Assembly (NCBI RefSeq): GCF_008000775.2
Contig: NZ_CP042905.2
Location: 3,030,001-3,062,000 of the forward strand
DNA length: 32,000 bases
Direction: 5' to 3'
Source: Promethearchaeum syntrophicum
GTDB lineage: Archaea; Asgardarchaeota; Lokiarchaeia; Sigyniarchaeales; Promethearchaeaceae
The notes under the pieces: model-generated
Seen by the model: only the letters and a program-made list of their open reading frames with translations
Databases searched by the model: none
What the model was told of the DNA's origin: nothing
Translations under genes and position numbers: made by a program
Shown: piece after piece, positions 1 through 7,887 of the stretch
How positions within the stretch are numbered: the stretch's first letter is position 1
Layout of the letters: each line of letters begins with the position of its first letter

Positions 1-296
1 AATTGAAAGAATTATCATTACAAGTGGAAAGTGAATATGGTGGCTTTGATGAATTAGAAGAAATTAATGAGAAAAAACCTCCACTTATCGGTAAGCTAAA
101 TATAAAAGTCCCTAAAAAGGATCCAGAAGAAATAGTTCAAATTGTGTTACATGATGATAGATTTTACGCTGCTTTTAAAGGCGCTTCAGTTTTAGGGTCT
201 TTACCAAGTTTCAAGCCCTTTTTGGTTGATAAAGCCACTTTTGATGCAAATCCAGATGCTTGTAAGGTTGACTTTTATTCTATCATTAATCAATAA
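1..296 (+). CDS. Actin-fold (actin/Arp-like) protein, C-terminal ~97 aa only; the gene continues upstream of the window
   Basis: The frame is open from the window edge to TAA at 294-296. DDRFYAAFKGASVLGSLPSFKPFLVDKATFD lines up by eye with the actin C-terminal block [31 protein letters not shown]. It is divergent, so Arp/crenactin-like rather than a close actin orthologue. Confidence 0.55.
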   Translation, partial: LKELSLQVESEYGGFDELEEINEKKPPLIGKLNIKVPKKDPEEIVQIVLHDDRFYAAFKGASVLGSLPSFKPFLVDKATFDANPDACKVDFYSIINQ

Positions 297-412
297 TTAA
301 ATTAACACTATTTTCTGTATCAATATTTTTTTAATATTTGTTTAATTATTTTGCTACAGAAAATGAATTCCTTCAATTTATGAAAGGTTATAATAGGAAA
401 GGTTTTAGAAAA

Positions 413-1561
413 ATGAAACAACGACATAATATTTTAGCATTTTTATTCTTATCAGTACTAATAATATCCTCATTCGATTATTCGGTGGCGACATCACGAA
501 AAGATTTACTTGAAGACTTTTGCATTTCCAATCAAACAGCAACGGGCGGTTTTATGGATTTTAATAATGGAACTGCAGATACAATTTCAGAATTTACATC
601 TTATGCGAATTTGTTCATTCTTAATGAAATAGATCCAAATTTAGAAAAAATTGATAAATCTAAAGCGGAATTTTGGGGTATTGACAGATTAAATGATTTC
701 ACATCAACAACGGGCACTGAAAAAAGTATCCCCGATGCTTACTATGCTTTAGGAATTTTAGTTTATCTAAATGCGACAGCTAATGAAAATTCAACACTTA
801 ATGATGCAATTACAAAGATGAATGGTTTTTATAATGAAACCAGTCATGGGTATAATGGAGAAAATAGCCCCATTTCAACATTAAGTGATACTTATTATGC
901 AATCGAATTTCTTGAAAGAGCCGAAAGTCTTTCCTATTCTACCAACTCAACTGAAATAGCATCTTTTGTATTATCATGCTGGGATAGTGAAGACAATGCT
1001 TTTGCGGGAAGTCCTGGAGGCTATGCAAATCCGATTGATTCATATTTTGCTATTCAAAGCTTAAAAAGGCTTGATAAATTGGACCTTTTTAATCAAAAAG
1101 AAGAATTAAGCGATTTTATTGATGAATTCTACTGTGATGATCCTGTTTTTGAAGCTCATAATGGAGGATACTCACATACACAGAATTCACCTTCATCTAG
1201 CTCATTAATGATGACATATTATTGCGTTAGTCTCCAAAACACATTAAATTCTTCAAAATTACATAATGAAACAACTCTTAATTGGATTTTATCCCGTCAA
1301 AGCCCTTATGATTTCGGATTCAATGATTATTCGAGTACTTCTAGTATTGAATATTCTTCTGCAAAATTATCATATTTTGCTATTCGATCAATCTTAATCT
1401 TTGAAGAAGATGCACTTGGAGATAGAAACAGCGATTTAATGAATGAAGAACTTTGGAATTTATCCACAAGTGGATGGATAATTGCTGGCATTGTATTAAT
1501 ATGTATAGGATTAGCTGCACTCGCAGGATATGGTATTTATCGATATAAAAATCGGATTTAA
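413..1561 (+). CDS. Secreted, C-terminally membrane-anchored glycoprotein with prenyltransferase/terpene-cyclase-like alpha-alpha-toroid repeats
   Basis: The ORF is 338..1561. I prefer the ATG at 413 because MKQRHNILAFLFLSVLIISSFDYSVA is a typical signal peptide. About six spaced repeats of the type GGF/GGY ... [ST]-Y-[YF]-A-[LI] are present (TGGFMDF..TSYANLFIL, DAYYALGILVYL, SDTYYAIEFLERA, PGGYANPIDSYFAIQSLKRL, HNGGYSH..MMTYYCVSLQ, KLSYFAIRSIL). There are nine N-x-S/T sequons. The C-terminus WIIAGIVLICIGLAALAGYGIY followed by RYKNRI is a TM anchor. Confidence 0.6.
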   Translation: MKQRHNILAFLFLSVLIISSFDYSVATSRKDLLEDFCISNQTATGGFMDFNNGTADTISEFTSYANLFILNEIDPNLEKIDKSKAEFWGIDRLNDFTSTTGTEKSIPDAYYALGILVYLNATANENSTLNDAITKMNGFYNETSHGYNGENSPISTLSDTYYAIEFLERAESLSYSTNSTEIASFVLSCWDSEDNAFAGSPGGYANPIDSYFAIQSLKRLDKLDLFNQKEELSDFIDEFYCDDPVFEAHNGGYSHTQNSPSSSSLMMTYYCVSLQNTLNSSKLHNETTLNWILSRQSPYDFGFNDYSSTSSIEYSSAKLSYFAIRSILIFEEDALGDRNSDLMNEELWNLSTSGWIIAGIVLICIGLAALAGYGIYRYKNRI

Positions 1562-1582
1562 AAAAATTTTTTCTGTTTTTTC
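1560..1582. terminator. Oligo-T tracts between convergent genes (A7T6 palindrome plus T6), candidate bidirectional archaeal-type terminator
   Basis: The sequence aaaaaaattttttctgtttttt lies directly after the stop at 1559-1561 and before the convergent stop at 1594-1596. It gives a T-run on either transcript strand. Confidence 0.35.
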
Positions 1583-1593
1583 AAATTACTACA

Positions 1594-3017
1594 TTACACT
1601 TCTTTTTTGATAAATCTCTTTATATATGCTGCCATTATCATCTCTTCTTTTTGTAAAAATTTTCGTAAAACATCACGAATATAATCCGGATCATATCTTT
1701 CATTCCTGTTGTTTGACATTTCAAGATATCCTGATCCGCGTTGTAAATAATCTGAAGAAGCGACCGAATACCATTTACATTCATCCAAAGGTTCATCATC
1801 TATAGTTATCGAGTTGATTCGACAAAAATTTTCAGATTCTGAATTCAAATAGATTCTTACATTACTGGATACAGCAATATTTCCCAGATATTTCCCCCTA
1901 AATCCCGCCCCACTACCGTCTTGCATTTGAATTTCTTCAATTAATGATTTTTCTAATGTTTTTCGTATATCTATTCCCTTAATTTCAAAATAGGTTGGAT
2001 TTAGTGGGGAAGGGCTTGTTTCAAGAAGGATAAGTTTCGACATAAAGCCCTTTTCCAAACTCTTGTTTAAAATTCCGCTATTTATAATGCCAATATTTGT
2101 TTGAAAAATATCTTTCAAAGAATCAGCGAGAAAATTTGAGAGAGGATTTTCTTCGGTTAGAGAATGAGAAAGTGCGTTTTTCAAATAGAAAAGGGATTTA
2201 GACATAAATTTTTTTGCTTTTTTTGAATATAACTCAATAATTTCTGCAATTTTTGGATCTGGGATGAAATCTTTACTTGAAATAAGAGAGCCTTTATAAT
2301 TTTTAATAAGTAGGTTGTCATCCAATTCTAAATCTAAAATTCCAAAATATTCTCCATATGATCCTGCTTGACAAATTATGGTATTTTTTACTAAAACTGG
2401 CTCTTTTAAAACAGTATGTGAATGTCCTCCAATAATAATATTAATAGAAGGAAATTCCTTTGCGATGATTTTATCAAATTTCAACCCTAGATGTGAAATA
2501 AGAATTATCAGGTCAAATTTATTGTTTTGATTATCAGAAAGAACCGATTAATTTCTTCAATTGGATCTTTTGTTATCATATTAGTTAATTTATAGAATTC
2601 GTTATATGAAGGAGAACTTGCAGTAATACCTATTAATAGAATTCTTGTATTATCAATTACCAAGGTTGCAGAATCTTTAAGAAAAGTTAATTTTTTTCCA
2701 TTAAAATTATATATATTACACGTTAATACTTCACATCTTGAACTTTCTGCAATTACTTTTCCATTCTCTATACCGGAAAAACCTTCATTATTACCAAAAA
2801 TGCGCGCATGAAATCCCATTTCATTTAATATTGCAGAGCTAATTTCACCTTGAGTACCTTCAGTCTCAATTCTCATAAAATCGGCATTATCTCCAGCATC
2901 TAGTAAAAGTGAATTAGGATCTTTATAATTCTTAATAGCCGTTGCAATTTTAGCTAATTCTTCAAATCTACTGTGAATATCGTTTATATGCAGAATTCGC
3001 AGCTTTCTATTCTTCAT
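1594..3017 (-). pseudogene. Metallophosphoesterase / 5'-nucleotidase family gene split by a 1-nt frameshift (N-terminal half 2508..3017, C-terminal half 1594..2547)
   Basis: The upstream ORF carries the calcineurin-like motifs LHINDIHSRF (DxH), DAGDN (GDxxD-like) and GNNEGF (GNHE variant). The downstream frame, read upstream of its listed TTG, gives SVLSDNQNNKFDLIILISHLGLKFDKIIAKEFPSINIIIGGHSH (SHLG and GHxH motifs), followed by a 5'-nucleotidase C-terminal-like domain. The two frames overlap at 2511-2547, and one extra base near cggttctttctgat would fuse them. Confidence 0.7.
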
Positions 3018-3032
3018 TAAATTTCAATAATT

Positions 3033-3043
3033 ACTTATATTTC
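3033..3043 (+). promoter_or_regulatory. Candidate TATA box for folD (acttatatttc) ~23 nt upstream of the ATG, implying a leaderless or near-leaderless mRNA
   Basis: An AT-rich TATA-like element sits at the spacing expected for archaeal promoters. No Shine-Dalgarno lies between it and the ATG at 3061. Confidence 0.3.
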
Positions 3044-3060
3044 TAATAATTTTACTTCTT

Positions 3061-3924
3061 ATGGAACCAATTATTCTCAATGGTAAGTCTTTATCTAAAA
3101 AAATCACAGACAATCTAAAAGTAGAAATAGAAAGTGCCACTGAAAAGTTTGGTCGTCCACCTTGCTTAGCCACAATTCTTGTAGGAGAAGATCCAGCTAG
3201 TAAAATATATGTTAATATGAAAAATAAGACTTGTGAAAGAATAGGTATTAGTACACTTAAAAAAAATTTTTCTTCTGATATCGCGATTGAAGATTTGTTT
3301 CTGGAAATAAGCAATTTAAATAATGATTCAAAAATTGATGGAATTTTGGTTCAAATGCCACTTCCAAATCAATTACGAAAATACGAATCAAAAATTATGG
3401 CTTTAATCTCACCAGAAAAGGATGTTGATGGTCTTCATCCAAATAGTGTTGGATTAAACACTCTTGGAGACGAAACTTTTGGATCTAATACCCCAAAAGG
3501 AATGATAAGGTTATTAGAAGAATTCAATATCAACATTGAAGGGGAAGAAGTTGTCATTGTTAACAGAACTCCTGTAATTGGTAAGCCTCTATCTATGATG
3601 TTTATTAAAAGGAATGCCACTGTTACCATTTGTCATACCCATACTCGAGATTTAGATTTTCACTTAAAACGAGCAGATATAATTGCTGTCGGAGTAGGTC
3701 GTATAAATTTTATAACCCCCGAACGAATAAAAAATGGTGTTGTAATCTTGGATGCAGGGATAAATTATAATCAAGAAGGAAAATTGGTCGGTGATGTAGA
3801 TTTTGAAGCTGTAAAACAAAAAGTAAAAGCAATTACACCTGTTCCCGGAGGTATTGGTCCAATGACAATCGCCATGTTGATGGAAAATACATATTTTGCT
3901 TATATAAATCAAATTAATAATTAA
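3061..3924 (+). CDS. folD: Bifunctional 5,10-methylene-tetrahydrofolate dehydrogenase / methenyl-THF cyclohydrolase
   Basis: 287 aa. ILNGKSLSKKI...PCLATILVGEDPASKIYVNMKNKTCERIGIS, DGILVQMPLP, EKDVDGLHP, VVIVNRTPVIGKPLSMM and PVPGGIGPMTIAML are the canonical FolD blocks in the canonical order. Confidence 0.92.
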   Translation: MEPIILNGKSLSKKITDNLKVEIESATEKFGRPPCLATILVGEDPASKIYVNMKNKTCERIGISTLKKNFSSDIAIEDLFLEISNLNNDSKIDGILVQMPLPNQLRKYESKIMALISPEKDVDGLHPNSVGLNTLGDETFGSNTPKGMIRLLEEFNINIEGEEVVIVNRTPVIGKPLSMMFIKRNATVTICHTHTRDLDFHLKRADIIAVGVGRINFITPERIKNGVVILDAGINYNQEGKLVGDVDFEAVKQKVKAITPVPGGIGPMTIAMLMENTYFAYINQINN

Positions 3925-4008
3925 ATTTGTAATCTAACAAAGATATAAAAAGGACCATATCAACAGATTAAGATTTGCGTTTTTTAAGTTAGAAAAATAT
4001 AATTTACT

Positions 4009-5463
4009 ATGGCTGGATTAGGTGGAATAATTAAATTCAATAGTGAAAACGAGCTACACGGAATTTCAAAAGATTTATATTATCTATTATTCGGATTACA
4101 AAATCGCGGGCAGGCTTCTGCTAAAGCTATAACACAAATGAAGAATCCGAGTACAAAAGTATATTATTATAGTAATGGGGTCAAGTATGTTAGTTTAGAG
4201 AACATAAAATCATCACATTATATTTATGCTGAACGAAAAGGAGACGGAATTGTTCGAGAACTTTTTGATAATAAAGTAATTTTGGATTTGTATGGGGAAT
4301 CTGGAATTGGAGCGGTTAGTAATGATCAAGTGTATAAAAGTGCTTCACTCCCTTATAGATATAAAATGATCGCTGTTGGAAAAGATGGTTTTCTGGAAAA
4401 TATTGAAAAGGTAAAACAATTTCTAGTAAAGCAAAATATTCCTTTTAAGAAAGAGAGTAGCGAGGTCGAAATTTTTTCCAAATTATTCCATTATCATTTC
4501 TTAGAAACATCGACTGGGGCAGAAGCGATGAAACGATGTGTCTTGGGATTCAATGAAGCCCCAGGGATCAAAGGATTGTATTCTGCTTTAGCATTAACAC
4601 CTAACGGGATTGTAGCTTTGGGTAATGGTAAGCCCCTTGGTTATGTTTACAATTCTGAGCATGTTTATTTCGCCAGTGAAAGCGCTGGTCCCTGGAGTTT
4701 TATAAAGGGAATGGATAGTAAGAATTTTAATGAAACTTGGTTTGATATTAAGCCGGGTGAGATTTATGAATTTAACCGGGATGGATCATTCAATAAAGAA
4801 ACTTTCAATACTCAAAATAAAATGTGTTCTTTTGAATGGGCATATTTTGCACGCCCCTCTACCGTTATATATAATAAAGAATCTGGAAATGTACGAAAAC
4901 ATATTGGAAAACAGTTAGTTCCGAAAATCTTCAATAATATTCGAAAAGTTGGTGGTGATCCAGAAGATTGTATAGTTGTTCCTGTGCTTGATTCAGGAAA
5001 TTGGTATGGCGTTGGAGTTTGTGAGGGTTCAAAACTACCCTTTATTCCAGGACTTTATAAAAATAAATATTCTCTGAAATCATTTATTCTTGATTACCAA
5101 GAAAATCGTGATCAAGAGGTTTTGATTAAGCATATTCCCAGTGTTATCCAATTGAAAGATAAAGAAATCATTTTAGTTGATGATAGCATCGTTCGAGGGA
5201 CAACAATGAGAATAATTGTTGATTTTGTTAAGAAAAAAGCAAACCCAAAGAAAGTTCATGTAGTTGCGGGGTATCCTGAAAAACGATATGCATGTCCTTA
5301 TACATCTGAAGGAAAAGATAAACTAATCGCTAACGAAATGACCACAGATATGATTCGGGAAAAAATTGGGGCAGATTCTTTAACGTATGGAGAACATCGC
5401 ATGTGGCATGGAATTCTTGGAGATGATTGTTGCTATAGATGTGAGAAAAGAAGAGTAGTTTAA
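4009..5463 (+). CDS. Amidophosphoribosyltransferase (PurF)-like protein with intact PRTase domain but degenerate Ntn-glutaminase active site
   Basis: 484 aa. The PRPP loop ILVDDSIVRGTT, CSFEWAYFARPS and VVPVLDSG match PurF. The N-terminus is MAGLGGI instead of MCG[IV]xG. GIGAVSN replaces GIGHxRY and VGKDGFL replaces HNGN[LI]. There is no Cys in the first ~170 residues (first Cys at ~177). Confidence 0.8.
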   Translation: MAGLGGIIKFNSENELHGISKDLYYLLFGLQNRGQASAKAITQMKNPSTKVYYYSNGVKYVSLENIKSSHYIYAERKGDGIVRELFDNKVILDLYGESGIGAVSNDQVYKSASLPYRYKMIAVGKDGFLENIEKVKQFLVKQNIPFKKESSEVEIFSKLFHYHFLETSTGAEAMKRCVLGFNEAPGIKGLYSALALTPNGIVALGNGKPLGYVYNSEHVYFASESAGPWSFIKGMDSKNFNETWFDIKPGEIYEFNRDGSFNKETFNTQNKMCSFEWAYFARPSTVIYNKESGNVRKHIGKQLVPKIFNNIRKVGGDPEDCIVVPVLDSGNWYGVGVCEGSKLPFIPGLYKNKYSLKSFILDYQENRDQEVLIKHIPSVIQLKDKEIILVDDSIVRGTTMRIIVDFVKKKANPKKVHVVAGYPEKRYACPYTSEGKDKLIANEMTTDMIREKIGADSLTYGEHRMWHGILGDDCCYRCEKRRVV

Positions 5464-5471
5464 AGAAAAAT

Positions 5472-6044
5472 CTACGTAGGTTTAGCTAATATCGCTTTAA
5501 CCCGTAAATCCTCAAATAATCGGGTCGATGTTGATTTGATTAAACAACATGTATCAGCACCTCTTCCTGTTCCTGCTATTGAAATTACATCTTCTCCCAC
5601 CTTTATAGCGCCAGCATCACAAGCCATTAAAACAATCTCCATTACAACTTTAATTCCCTGGCATATTATTGTTCTTAATAGGGTGGAGAACATAGCTGTA
5701 CTATCATATTGTTGATATTTTCGAAGTAATGAGCTTCCCACTCCTGAAAAAGCTAAAACTCCAGTAATTATTTTTACTTTTTGCTTTTCAAGATCATTTC
5801 TTAATTTTGCTGGAAATTTTTGTTCCGCATCTTTTCTAAATCCATAGTTATGGGTAATCACTATTAATTCATAAATAGAGGGATCAAAAATAGTTATTGC
5901 TTGGTTGATTGTATCACCTGTCGTAGAAGCAATTAGAATTTTTTTAATATTCAGTAAATCTGCATTAAATTTTGCGAGTTCCAAAGTCTCTTTAGTATTT
6001 TCTTTTCCAGGTGAATCGAATATTTTAAATTTTAATTCTGGCAT
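5472..6044 (-). CDS. Standalone pyruvate kinase alpha/beta (C-terminal) domain-like protein
   Basis: 190 aa. FDSPGKENTKETLELAK, ILIASTTGDT, VITHNYGF, GIKVVMEIVLMACDAGAI and ISIAGTGRGADT match, from memory, the conserved ~190-aa archaeal/bacterial PK_C-like family. It is convergent with the PurF-like gene, with an 8-nt gap. Confidence 0.7.
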   Translation of the reverse strand: MPELKFKIFDSPGKENTKETLELAKFNADLLNIKKILIASTTGDTINQAITIFDPSIYELIVITHNYGFRKDAEQKFPAKLRNDLEKQKVKIITGVLAFSGVGSSLLRKYQQYDSTAMFSTLLRTIICQGIKVVMEIVLMACDAGAIKVGEDVISIAGTGRGADTCCLIKSTSTRLFEDLRVKAILAKPT

Positions 6045-6090
6045 TAAAGTTCACTTGTTACCTTAAGATTTAAGGAAATTTTTAAATGTT

Positions 6091-7845
6091 TCATTCTTGT
6101 TTTTGTTGTTCCCATGCCCGAATAATATCATTTTGGCTTAAAATTCCAAGTAAGATTATATCTTTCTTATCATCCTCAACTACTATTTCTTTGGTGACTA
6201 ATATTGCCCTTAATTCATGTTCATGCATTTTATCCATACAGTTTTGAAGTGATCTTTCCGGTTCAATGGTCACATTAACTGGTTTCATCATTTGATTCAC
6301 CGTAATTGAATCCCATTGCTCATAATTTAGATTAAATAAATCATCGATATAGGCAATTCCTACTAATTTTCCAAAATCTAATACGGGAAATTGTTCTAAA
6401 CCATGTTCGGAGGACATACGTGCAAACTCCAAAATTGGAAGATCGGGGGAAACTGTTATCAAATTTGTCGACATGATATCAGTAACACGAATATTCTCCA
6501 TTTTAAAGATAGTTTCGCTTTTTAGTGAAGTTTCACCTCGTTTTAACAGAAGTGTGTAAATTGAAGTGCCACGCAATAAAACTCTTGATACGAAATAACT
6601 TGCAACTGATGCAATTAGTAAAGGTGTTATGAGGTGCGTAACTCCTGTCATTTCAACCAATATAAAAGTTATATTTAGGGGGGCAATTGTTAACGCAGAA
6701 AAAAAAGCCGCCATCCCAATAAAACAATATAGTTGAGGATTTTCAATAAAATTTGGAAAGAAATATTCAAGCGTATACCCAAAAAAACCACCATACATGC
6801 ACCCAATATATAAAGATGGGCCAAAAATTCCTCCAGAACCACCTGAACCAATTGTGGCTGAAGTGGAAATCATTTTTAAAATTCCAAATAAGAGAAAAAG
6901 TAAAGGAATAAGTGGGTTTTCTAATACGTTTTCAATACCGTTAATCCCTGTTCCATATAAACCCATACCCATCGGTGTGAATACAATAATTATTCCCGTA
7001 AAAATTGCACCTATTGTCGGTTTTAACCATTCTGGAATTTTTATTGATTTAAATGAGAGTAAAGCTCCATGATGAAATTTAATCCAAATAAATGCTATTA
7101 GAGCAAAAATAATTCCAACAATTAAAAAAATACCGAATTCTTGAGGATTAACAGAATTTAGAGTAAAGGAAATTACATGATTTGTTTCGAAAAATAAATT
7201 GGCAACCAAGGCTCCAATTGCAGCAGCAAAAAACACTGGAATTGATTCAATCAAAGTCACACCTTGAAACAATATTTCCAATCCAAACAATGCGCCCCCT
7301 AATGGAGCATGAAATGACCCCGCAATTCCCGCAGCAAGTCCACAAGTCATTAATAATCTTTTTTCCATGGGATTTAACCGTAGTTTTGAGCCAAAAATGG
7401 ACCCCATATTAGCTCCAATTAGAGCTATGGGCCCTTCTATCCCGGCACTTCCACCACTTCCTATTGTAATGCTAGAGACAAAAATCTTAGTTAAACCAAC
7501 CCTTCCTCTTAATTTTCCTCCTTTTAATGCCATAGATTCAAATAAAACTGGGATCCCCGAACCTTTAGTTTCAGGAGCAAATTTAGAAATTATTGGTCCA
7601 ACAATTAGAGCTCCAATAATTGGGAGAAACAATAACCCGAGATTGTAATTTCCAACTTTAATTGTAATCAAGGGCAATAAAATATCTGTGAAAAAATATC
7701 GGATTCCATCAATTGAAATACGTAGAATTATGGCAACGCCCCCACCTAAAGCACCGATTATTGCAGCAAATAAATATATCTTCAACCAATAATCCACATT
7801 TCTTCTACTTGGTCGAGCGGTTATTTTTGTTGATGGGTTCATCAT
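6091..7845 (-). CDS. ClC family chloride channel / Cl-/H+ antiporter with C-terminal CBS-domain pair
   Basis: 584 aa and polytopic. The ClC selectivity motifs are present: GSGIP (KGSGIPVLFE), G-x-EGP (GIEGPIALIG) and GxFxP (GGIFGPSLYIG). The C-terminal ~140 aa has two CBS-like repeats (RVTDIMSTNLITV..., VNQMMKPVNVTI...). The start is ATGATG at 7845/7842, preceded by GGAGGA. Confidence 0.9.
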   Translation of the reverse strand: MMNPSTKITARPSRRNVDYWLKIYLFAAIIGALGGGVAIILRISIDGIRYFFTDILLPLITIKVGNYNLGLLFLPIIGALIVGPIISKFAPETKGSGIPVLFESMALKGGKLRGRVGLTKIFVSSITIGSGGSAGIEGPIALIGANMGSIFGSKLRLNPMEKRLLMTCGLAAGIAGSFHAPLGGALFGLEILFQGVTLIESIPVFFAAAIGALVANLFFETNHVISFTLNSVNPQEFGIFLIVGIIFALIAFIWIKFHHGALLSFKSIKIPEWLKPTIGAIFTGIIIVFTPMGMGLYGTGINGIENVLENPLIPLLFLLFGILKMISTSATIGSGGSGGIFGPSLYIGCMYGGFFGYTLEYFFPNFIENPQLYCFIGMAAFFSALTIAPLNITFILVEMTGVTHLITPLLIASVASYFVSRVLLRGTSIYTLLLKRGETSLKSETIFKMENIRVTDIMSTNLITVSPDLPILEFARMSSEHGLEQFPVLDFGKLVGIAYIDDLFNLNYEQWDSITVNQMMKPVNVTIEPERSLQNCMDKMHEHELRAILVTKEIVVEDDKKDIILLGILSQNDIIRAWEQQKQE

Positions 7846-7848
7846 ATA

Positions 7849-7854
7849 TCCTCC
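7849..7854 (-). promoter_or_regulatory. Shine-Dalgarno GGAGGA 3 nt / 6 nt upstream of the tandem ATGATG of the ClC gene
   Basis: The minus strand reads ggaggatatatgatgaac. Confidence 0.5.
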
Positions 7855-7862
7855 AAGTTGTT

Positions 7863-7883
7863 AAAAAAAAAAAAACGAAAAAA
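7863..7883 (-). terminator. T6 + T13 tract immediately after the stop of the zinc-finger gene; candidate archaeal oligo-T terminator or attenuator
   Basis: The minus strand after the stop (7888-7890) reads taatttcttttttcgtttttttttttttaa. It lies in a 42-nt spacer that also holds the ClC Shine-Dalgarno. Confidence 0.35.
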
Positions 7884-7887
7884 GAAA

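Noticed and set aside
338-412. A 25-codon N-terminal extension of the surface glycoprotein ORF (MFNYFATENEF...).
   Set aside because: The internal ATG at 413 starts a textbook signal peptide, and the extension would bury it. The choice remains uncertain.
3024-3912. Three minus-strand ORFs (3024..3314, 3435..3629, 3664..3912) opposite folD.
   Set aside because: They lie entirely antisense to a strongly supported folD gene. Their sequences are low-complexity with no motifs, typical of shadow ORFs.
4730-4918. A 62-aa plus-strand ORF inside the PurF-like gene in another frame.
   Set aside because: It is nested out of frame in a gene with clear family motifs and has no independent signals.
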